NCBI RefSeq assembly: GCF_006345805.1
Contig: NC_042999.1
Location: 122,698,001 to 122,762,000, forward strand
Direction of reading: 5' to 3'
DNA length: 64,000 bases
Source of the DNA: Octopus sinensis
Taxonomy: Eukaryota
The notes below the pieces were generated by a model. The model worked only from the letters and a program-made list of their open reading frames with translations. It did no database searches and was not told the DNA's origin. The position numbers and the translations under genes were made by a program. This document shows positions 1-9,056 of the stretch, in pieces. Position 1 is the stretch's first letter. Each line of letters begins with the position of its first letter.

Positions 1-69
1 GGCGTGTGATTGAGTGGATTTCATCCAGATAGTTTTGGCCGAGGAGCTACAAGTGGGTTTTTTGTAAGT
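1..69 (+). other. candidate exon end and 5' splice donor (TTT|GTAAGT, intron would start at 64)
   Basis: GTAAGT at 64-69. The first ~200 bp contain several CpGs, unlike most of the window. No coding identity is visible. Confidence 0.3.
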
Positions 70-268
70 AAAATTACATTTAATTCATTAATAGCGAAAC
101 AATTGTCCCAAAATAATCTGTATTTTTGTTATTTTTTATTTGCCCTGTTCGTGTGAGCTAACAATCGTACTGACTTTCACGGGAAACATGTATTTTTGTG
201 GTTGAAACCTTTTGGATTTTCTAGTGCTAGAATGAGCCACATAGTGACCATTCTCTTATATTTATTTT

Positions 269-307
<39 letters not shown>

Positions 308-1054
308 TATGCACATGTGGGTGTATATTTATATATATTATCAAACTCATATATATGACATAGACATTTCATCTCTTTCTTCTTTCTTTCATTTCATATT
401 TGAGAGTTTATTTTGGGAAGTTTAATTTAGTAGAAACTGTTGACAAGTTTTTTATCTCATTTTCACAATCATCCACCTGCACACTAATAGACAAATAAGC
501 AAGAATAGATTTGAAGCTTTACCAACGGAATCTAATTTAAAAAAGACACAATTTCAAAGCAATCCAGAAATTGGTGGGTATGGAAAAAGCTACTGTTCTG
601 TTTAGAAGATACTTTAAACAAATTGTAAAATTTTTATTTTCCAAATTATGAAGAATTTTCTCCAATGAAAAAATACAGCAGATTTTTCTATATGTATGCA
701 ACATGCCAGAACATATTTCCTAACAAGCCAAATTTAGTAAACTTCATTTCAGCTTGGTGCTACAAAATATAAATCACTGACATGAATTTGGCATCTATGA
801 AATAACAAAAGAATATGTTTTTGAAGACTTTTTCTCCAAAGACCTCATCTACTTACACGAAAGATATTACAAATTTGAGTACTGAACACTACTCAATTTG
901 AATTCTCTTTGACTACAATCCTTGCAAAAAGAAACAAAAATACTGAATGTGTTCCTGTAACATTCACTCATGTATTATCTCACCATATATTTATTCCAAC
1001 TGAAATATTTTAAAATTGCTATTTAAGATATATTTCTATAACAGAATACTTTAT

Positions 1055-1230
1055 ATAGGTGCATGTATGGTTGTGTGGGAAGATGTTTGCTTCTAAACCA
1101 TGGTTTCAGATTCAGTGCCACTCTGCAGCACCTTGGGCAAGTATCTTCTACTATAACCCCCATGCCAACCAAAGCCTTGTGAGCAGATTTTGGACAGGAA
1201 CTGAAAGAAGTCCATCATATATATATATAT
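1055..1230 (+). mobile_element. tRNA-derived SINE, family A (ttgggcaag...ccaaagccttgtgag core), decayed
   Basis: Shares the core ttgggcaagt.tcttctactata...ccaaagccttgtgag...aactgaaagaag with copies at 26169 and 62917, and ends in (AT)n. Confidence 0.8.
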
Positions 1231-1268
1231 AGTGAGAGAGAGACAGGCAGACAAACAGAGAAAGAGAG

Positions 1269-1389
1269 AAGTGTTATATTTAATTTGTTTGTCCTCATGA
1301 TTGCTTTTCTCTCTCTCTCTCCCTTTGTAGATATATATATATATATATATATCATAGCCATCAGAACTTACATGGTTTAACCCACCTTG
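1269..1389 (+). repeat. local direct duplication, copy 1 (copy 2 at 2678-2830)
   Basis: aagtgttatatttaatt...cctcatgattgcttttctctc...(AT)n...gccatcagaacttacatggtttaacccaccttg occurs twice. Confidence 0.85.
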
Positions 1390-1807
1390 AGGAACCAATA
1401 CTGGATAGAAAATACTTAGTAGTGCTCAAGTAACTCAAACTTAGACTCCAATGTCTTTATGAGGGACCACTTCCATGGCGAAAAGAAAAATCCTACAGTT
1501 CAGATCTCTGCATCATGATCTGAACTGCAAAATTTTCTCCTACTTTGATGATAGAGGCTCGATTTATCCAATGTTTAACTGTTTCCATTACTGGTTGTAT
1601 ATTTTGGTGAACTACATCTAACAGCATTATGATGAGTCTCTGAACCCCCAGAAATAGTTGTTAGACTTATAACACCTTACTCCCTCCCTTTAATTTTTTC
1701 TGACATTTGTACTCTATGTAAGTTTGATCTATTAATACATAAATATCTACATGTTTATTCTTAAATATCAAAATCTAAAATTCTTCAGTCTTTGCTTTCT
1801 TCCTGTT

Positions 1808-1851
<44 letters not shown>

Positions 1852-2345
1852 AACTGTCTGATAAAATTAAAAAGTCAATAAAAGAAGATGGCGAAGAAAA
1901 ATATAAAAGATGTTTGGTTCATTTTATTTGTATCAAAATTGGAAAAGTAATGCAAATTAAAAAATTAAAAGATATACCTATAAGAATAAATATAAAAGGA
2001 ACCACATCAACAAAACAATCCAAAAATATCCATAAAAATTCTACATATGTTTCAATCTAACAATATGTTTGAATCATCAATAATTGTAACTTTTATAGAT
2101 GTAATAAACAATATATTGTTAGATCTCTTCAGGAAAAATAAGTATATTTTCTGTCTTGAGTAACGAAATGACTATTTAAGGTCTATGTTTGAGAATTTTC
2201 AAATGAGACTGTTTATACATATATATTGAACTTTCTTTCAATATATTTGGTTAAATCCAGTTAGCATCTAGATTGTTTTTAACAATCCCTTACGGGGATA
2301 TTGCTTCCTCAAATTCTGAGTATATATATTTATATATATATATAT

Positions 2346-2500
2346 AGGGAGAGTTTATGAAAAAAACAAAAGACAAAGACAGGTGGTGTACAAAACAAAC
2401 AAATGTATCAGTATAACGCTCAGGAAAAGAAAAAGTCTTTTAGTTTCGAGCCTACGCTCTTCTACAGAAAGGAACACAGAAAAGACAAGGAGAGAAACAA
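2346..2500 (-). mobile_element. Penelope-type terminal-repeat fragment
   Basis: Carries a hammerhead-like motif on the minus strand and is bounded by (AT)n. The layout matches the fragment at 17195-17380. Confidence 0.5.
2437..2471 (-). ncRNA. degenerate minimal hammerhead-ribozyme motif
   Basis: Minus strand reads CUUU-CUGUAGAA-GAGC GUAG GCUC-GAAAC-UA-AAAG. Stems I and II pair perfectly, but the core has A6 replaced by U and stem III is one nt short of ACGU. Confidence 0.45.
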
Positions 2501-2677
2501 GGCTATATATATATATATGTATATATATGTATATATATATGTATATATATGTATATATATATATATACATATATATACACACACATATATATATATACAT
2601 ATATATATATATACATATATACACAAGGATATATATTTATATATTGTATATTGATATATATATATACATCAAACCCA

Positions 2678-2747
2678 AAGTGTTATATTTAATTCGTTTA
2701 TCCTCATGATTGCTTTTCTCTCTCTCTCTCCCTTTCTATATATATAT

Positions 2748-2796
<49 letters not shown>

Positions 2797-2830
2797 AGCC
2801 ATCAGAACTTACATGGTTTAACCCACCTTG
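2678..2830 (+). repeat. local direct duplication, copy 2
   Basis: Near-identical to 1269-1389 apart from a longer (AT/AC)n tract. Confidence 0.85.
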
Positions 2831-3644
2831 CCCAGACTTGTACCTCAGAGGGTAGCTTTCTAGGTGCAATCCCATGGTCATTCATGACCGAAGGAGGTCA
2901 CAATGATATATTATGTCACATGCCTCTTTATTACACATTCTTATACTAATCCACTATATCTTTATTCTATAAATAGTGAAATGTTTGATAGTCCAGCATA
3001 TGCCTTCCAAACTCTATGACTATGATTTATTGATTGTATTTTTATTATATTATATATATATATATATATACTTCTTGTATTATTACTTGATATCATATTA
3101 TTTGGTTTATATTTCTATGTTATTTATAACTATATGATGCGGGTTGTGTATGTGTGTGTGCACATCTGTATGTATATACACAGGTAGATGTGTTGTCAGT
3201 TATGGGGTGGTTGCCTCTCCTGTCAGCATGTGTGTATGTATATACACAGGTAGATATGTTTTTACATGTAAAGTATGTACTTACATGAAAAGTAAACAAA
3301 TGTATATGTCTAAAATTGTGTGTGTGTGTTCTAGTGTGGAATGATAATGGCAGTTTTATGTCGTTTTATGTCGTTCATTGTCTGATGTCTTATCTATCTG
3401 ATCTTGTTGAGTTGTTTTGGATGGCCTGTCCTTCCTCACAGCTGGTCAGGGCTATAAACGAATTAAGATAACAAATTGAAAAATAGGATTGTTTTGACCT
3501 CTTTGCACCTAGGATGTTCATTTACTTCACTTTCTCTATAAATTTGATTGTTCTTTCTTAAAATATCACTTATTCATCGTACTAGTTGTTGAATAGGTCA
3601 TATTCAAGGTTTTACCTTGCTTGTTTATAGCTGTTTAAACTTTT

Positions 3645-3720
3645 ACCTGAGGATGGTGGATTTATGCTATGATTTAATCTGTGAGTGCATCAAGAAAATG
3701 CTACCAAAACAGCTGTGGTT
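3645..3720 (+). ncRNA. decayed hammerhead-like motif
   Basis: AC-CUGAGGA-U-GGUGG...CUACC-AAAACAGCUGU-GGU: stem II pairs and stem III is the palindrome ACAGCUGU. G12 and the cleavage nucleotide are mutated. Confidence 0.35.
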
Positions 3721-4211
3721 ATTTCCAATCCTTATTTCTGGTCTTTGCTATATATACATATTACATGCAAGTTTGGTTGTTTTTATTTAGTATTTTTCAT
3801 AGATTCTTATTAATATTTTAAGTTTGATTTATAAAAATAATTTTCCTCAACCCTTTAGTCTGAAGTTTTAAGGCTTTTGAAATTAAACTGTTGTAAAGGT
3901 GATAGTCATTATTGTTTTAAATCAATATAAAGGCCTGCGAAGGTAATATGAAAAGATCAAACTTGAACATGGTTGTATTTTTAATTAATGTTTGAAATGA
4001 AAACTCTTTCTTTCATTGTGCTTACTTGATTCTTTTTTGAAAGAATTTGAGAGATGGGTTCAGTTAAGGTGTAAATGCATCACTTGATGGAGAATAGATT
4101 GAGGAGGACAGTTGCAGAGAGGATTAGTTACTCTACCAATATTTGTAATTCAAATTAAAACAGTTAATAAAATAATTATGCTCACTTGTACATTACTTTC
4201 AAAACATACCT

Positions 4212-4309
4212 TTGATCTATCTATCAATCTATCTATCTATCTGTCTGTCTTCCTGCCTGCCTGTCTGTCTGTCCGTCCGTCCATCCGTCTGTCCGTCCAT
4301 CTGTCTGTG

Positions 4310-4371
<62 letters not shown>

Positions 4372-4392
4372 ATCTATTTACTTATCTATCTG
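4212..4392. repeat. (TCTA)n/(TCTG)n/(TCCG)n compound tetranucleotide microsatellite
   Basis: Directly visible. Confidence 0.95.
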
Positions 4393-4479
4393 TGTGTGAG
4401 TGTATGTGTATAAGATATTAATATAAACTGCTAGGCGCAATGTAATACCATGATAAAATATTCAATTGTCTCTAAGTAT

Positions 4480-4775
4480 GACTAAGGGTTCCAGAGGACG
4501 TCACGAAACATGTGCAACAAAAAATACGAAGTACAAGTACATGGAACATGAACTATTCTTTTGAACAACGAAAGACACAAATGGAAAACAAGACAACGCA
4601 TGGAACGACCCTTCATCAGTTGTTGGCAGTTTTTCTACTCTCGTATTTCGAGCATTTAACAACAAAATACACTTTTGATAAAACAGTTGCTCCTGCAAAA
4701 CAAATTAAATAAAATTTGGTATTTTGCGGAGGGTCGAAATTGATAACACTAACAGGACAGTGAAAACAAACAGAG
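4480..4775 (-). mobile_element. Penelope-type terminal-repeat fragment, homologous to 16205-16897
   Basis: The reverse complement of 4490-4630 matches 16205-16352, and that of 4650-4772 matches about 16758-16895. It contains CUGAUGAA and GCUCGAAA half-motifs. Confidence 0.55.
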
Positions 4776-4960
4776 ATTCAACAAGTATGTTAAAAAATGG
4801 AGAAGAGATGTTCAAATTTGAAATAATTTGAGCAGTCCTCACCAACTATGCCTTGAAAATTACTTTCAAATTTAAGCATCTTCTCATCTCCTTTTTTAAC
4901 ATATTTGTTGAGTTTCTATGGAATACTTTTCCATATATTCTCATAACACACTATATATAT

Positions 4961-5003
<43 letters not shown>

Positions 5004-5256
5004 CATCATCATCATCATCATCATCACACACACATGTATATATACACATAAAGACACATGTGCATATATAATGTAATCTATTACAGATAAGCAAAATATT
5101 TCCTCAACTCCTTTGGAGGTGTCTTTTTCCTAATTGGCTTCAGTGATTTCAAATTCAAGGCATTGTAATCAAAACTATGGCCTCAGTAATTTTTTATCCA
5201 AAACTTACCCATTGCTCTAAGGGACTAGTACCATTTAGTAAGACTGGTCTACAATT

Positions 5257-6913
5257 CATCATCATCATCATCGTTTAGCGTCCGTTTTCCATGCTAGCAT
5301 GGGTTGGACGGTTCTACTGGGGTCTGTGAAGCCAGAAGGCTTCATCAGGCCCAGTCAAATCTGGCAGTGTTTCTACGGCTGGATGCCCTTCCTAACGCCA
5401 ACCACTCCGTGAGTGTAGTGGGTGCTTTTTACGTGCCACCTGCACAGGTGCCAGACAGAGCTGGCAAACGGCCACGAACGGATGGTGCTTTTTATGTGCC
5501 ACCGGCACGAGGGCCAGGCGAGGCTGGCAACGGACACGAAATGGGGCGGTGCTGGCAATGGTCGCGAAACGGAAGGTTCTCTTACATGCCACCGGCACTG
5601 GTAACACATCTGCAATTTCCATTGATCGATTTCGATTCTGATCCTCACTTGCCTCAACGGGTCTTCACAAGTAGAGTTTCGACATGCCACCGGCACTGGT
5701 AACACATCTGCAATTTCCATTGGTCGATTTCGATTCTGATCCTCACTTGCCTCAACAGGTCTTCACAAGTAGAGTTTTGTGTCCCAAGAAGGGAAGGTAT
5801 GCATACGTAGGCTGGCTCCATCCCATGTAGAAGGCCACGGGTTATGGACTCACTTGTCCTGCCGGGTCTTCTCGTGCACAGCACACTTCCAGAGGTCTCG
5901 GTCTCTAGTCATTTCCTCAGTGAAACCTAAAGTTCGAAGGTCGTGCTTCACCACCTCGTCCCAGGTTTTCCTGGGTCTGCCTCTTCCACAGGTTCCCTCA
6001 ACCGCTAGGGTGTGGCACTTTTTCACACAACTATCTTCATCCATTCTCGCCACATGACCATACCAGCGCAAACGTCTCTCTTGCACACCACAACTGATGC
6101 TTCTTAGGTCCAGCTTTTCTCTCAAGGTACTTACACTCTGCCAAGTATGAGTACTGACATTACACATCCATCGGAGCATACTGGCTTCATTTCTTGCGAG
6201 CTTATGCATATCCTCAGCAGTCACGGCCCATGTTTCACTGCCATGTAGCATGGCTGTTCGTACACACGCATCATACAGTCTGCCTTTCACTCTGTGCGAG
6301 AGGCCTTTTGTCACCAGCAGAGGTAAGAGCTCTCTGAACTTTGCCCAAGCTATTCTTACTCTAGCAGTTACACTTTCAGCACACCCGCCCCCGCTGCTGA
6401 CTTGGTCACCTAGGTAACGGAAACTATCAACTATTTCTAGTTTTTCTCCCTGGAAAGTGACGGAATTTGGTCTCAGAGCATTTTCAGTGTTTATTGTTCC
6501 TGAGCATCTGCCACATACAAAAACCATCTTCCTAGTTAGCCTTCCTTTGACATTGCTGCACCTCTTGTGTGTCCATAGCTTACACTTGGTGCATCTTATA
6601 GAGTTTCTACCTACACCTTTTCTACAGATCGAGCAGGGCCATCTACCTGAAGGTGTTTGTGATTTGTCTACCTTCCTACTGATTACGACTTTGGTTATAG
6701 CTAGATTGACTCTGAGGCCCTTCGATTCTAATCCTTGTTTCCACACCTGAAACTTCTCCTCCAGTTCTGATAGCGACTCAGCAATTAGAGCAAGGTCATC
6801 AGCATAGAGGAGCTCCCAAAGGCATCCTGTCTTGAATTCCTCCGTTATTGCCTGGAGGACTATGATAAATAGGAGGGGGCTGAGTACTGAGTACTGAGCC
6901 TTGGTGGACCCCT
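5257..6913 (-). mobile_element. RTE-clade LINE, 5'-truncated, young (copy 1)
   Basis: RT motifs GVHQGS, LLYADD and FRYLG; RTE C-terminus RLRWYGHV and RGRPRKTW; 3' UTR with an internal 98-bp tandem repeat; (ATG)n tail at 5257-5272. Near-identical to 48434-50544. Confidence 0.95.
5850..6887 (-). pseudogene. RTE reverse-transcriptase C-terminal half with inserted PHD-type finger (truncated ORF)
   Basis: The provided ORF 5850-6746 extends upstream in frame through WELLYADDLALIA to a 7-bp duplication near 6881-6894. The endonuclease and N-terminal RT are absent. Confidence 0.9.
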
Positions 6914-7016
6914 TTATTATTTTTTTAATTATTATTTTTAAAATATTTTGTATTGAGTACTGAGCCTTGGTGGACCCCTTTATTATTTTTTTAATTATTA
7001 TTTTTGAAATATTTTG
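6888..7016 (+). repeat. 66-bp-period tandem duplication across the LINE 5' junction
   Basis: tgagtactgagccttggtggacccctttattatttttttaattattattttt(a/g)aaatattttg occurs at 6888-6950 and 6954-7016. Confidence 0.9.
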
Positions 7017-8176
7017 AGATGATTTTTTTTCTCATTTGTTTACAGTATGATTCCACATTCTGGCATATAGAATATGATTCTATATCCCAACACTTATTTG
7101 GTGTTCAGTTATTGTTTGAAACATTTCTAGATTGAAGTATTTTGTTGTTCATATTTTATTCAAATTCTAAATATTCTGTACAATTACTCAGCTGTTTTCT
7201 TGCCTATAACTGTCATGAACTTAGGAGCTTAACCCTTCCATTAGTTGTCAACATTTTTCTCTATACTGATTTAATCTCACAGCTCACAGCTATGTTTCTT
7301 TACTATAACAACATTGAGTTATTTAAATAAGCTGACTTTAAAAAACGTCTACATTCTGTTTTTAATTGTTACCTTCAGAAGCCTGTCAGCTATTACTTTG
7401 TTCCTTCCAGCATGGTATAGCATTTATATTGTAACACTGAAACTACAAATCTCAACTACATAATTAGTTATGATATTGTTGACGTTACATGAACTAATAT
7501 AAAGTCCTCATATGATAATTATGATGAATGTGTGATTTCTGTTTTTATTTTAATACAACTCAGAAAAATATTATGAAGTGTAGGTGTAGTGAATTAAGAT
7601 CTTTGCCAGATAACAATAAGACAAAATATATAATGCATTTGCAATTTTTCTGTGTTAATGTCTGTACCCCCTAAGGGAAAAGTTATCAGAAATGACTCAT
7701 TGGTTCATATTATTGGATTAAAATCTAGAGAAGTTTTATAGTATTTAAATCTGATTGCCTTTCCCTGGCTTGTTATCTGAGGAGATTTCATAACATGAGC
7801 ACTTAAAAATTTATTTATCAAAGCTTGATAGCATCTGCAACTTGATGGATAATTCTTAAAACTTAGAATGTGTATTCTTAATATTAGTAATTTGAAGCCC
7901 CAAGGCAGGTGTTTTCTTAAATAGAATTCTTTACCAGACTTGATGATTCTAGGTTAATATCTTAGACAGACTTTTTCAAAACGATTTTAATATCTAAAGC
8001 ATACAGAAAAAAATATACTACAATAAAAAAAATATGGCTATCATATGTTCCCAAATACAAAAATCATGGCTTTTAACCAAAAATAAATCATACATGATAA
8101 ATGGTTAATTTAGAAAATCTATGTTGGCTGTTGATTTGAAGAAATAATTAAAATCTTTTATGGGAAAAATTTGCTG

Positions 8177-8227
8177 CTAATATTTAATTAAATATATTCT
8201 CATATATTTCTTTCTTTTCAGGTAAGT
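8177..8227 (+). promoter_or_regulatory. juxtaposed 3' and 5' splice sites (candidate recursive-splicing ratchet point)
   Basis: CTAAT at 8177-8181, 13 uninterrupted pyrimidines at 8207-8219, AG at 8220-8221, then GTAAGT at 8222-8227. No other AG occurs between 8142 and 8219. Confidence 0.55.
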
Positions 8228-8727
8228 AAACATTTGCAGTTTGAAATATGATAAACCTGAATTGACATATGAACATGAAATCTAAGTTGTAAGTATTCCC
8301 ATAACATTGATGGCATTGCTTTAAAGTAAACATCATTTCACAACATTTATGTGTGTACGTATATTAGAAATTAGTAGTACAGTGAAGGTTGTAAAGTCTC
8401 AACTAATTTAGGAGAGAACATATTTACCTTGTACTGACAATAGAAATGATAATTTCATGTAATGAACTTTCAATGAATTGGTTAAAGTTTTATAAAGCTG
8501 TACACACACGTGTGTGTGTGTGTGTGTGTGTTAGATTTAGTTGTATTTGTCGCAGTGCTAACTTCATTTTCTGACACTGTTACCATGTTGGATATGTCAC
8601 TGTTATTGCTTCTATCACAATGTGCCTGCAGCAGGTGTTTTTCGTTTTGGTTGGTATTTCCTTTCTTGACTGATAGATAGATAGATAGATAGATAAATAT
8701 ACATGTATATATCTATCTGTCTGTGTC

Positions 8728-8973
8728 CTAGTGGTTAGGCTGTTGCACTCATGATTGCTAGATGATGGGTTTGATTCCCTGATTGGGTGGCTTGTTGTGT
8801 TCTTAAGCAAAACACTTCATTTCACGTTACTCCAATCCCTCTTTCAGCTGGGAATGCTGGTCTGCTTACCTAGCCAGTGGGGTGGTATCATTTGAAGGCT
8901 AAAACAATGTAAAATGCATTGTGACCAGCGATATATAACATCTGAGAGCCTGATTGGTCAAGTGATAACATGA

Positions 8974-8975
<2 letters not shown>
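8728..8975 (+). mobile_element. tRNA-derived SINE, family C, decayed
   Basis: tagtggttagg A-box, gtttgattcc B-box, and a gtgttcttaagcaaaacact core shared with 14195. Confidence 0.7.
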
Positions 8976-9042
<67 letters not shown>

Positions 9043-9056
9043 CACACACACACACA

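Noticed and set aside
1496-1527. 11-bp perfect hairpin cagttcagatc/gatctgaactg
   Set aside because: It is short enough to occur by chance in 64 kb and has no supporting context.
5584-5777. 98-bp direct repeats as a CRISPR-like array
   Set aside because: There are only two adjacent units, with no unique spacers and no cas genes; they are part of the LINE 3' UTR and recur in copy 2.
5304-6750. ORFs in the RTE 3' UTR and antisense to the RT (also 48484-49248 and 50021-50386)
   Set aside because: They are shadow frames of GC-richer LINE sequence with no independent motif support.
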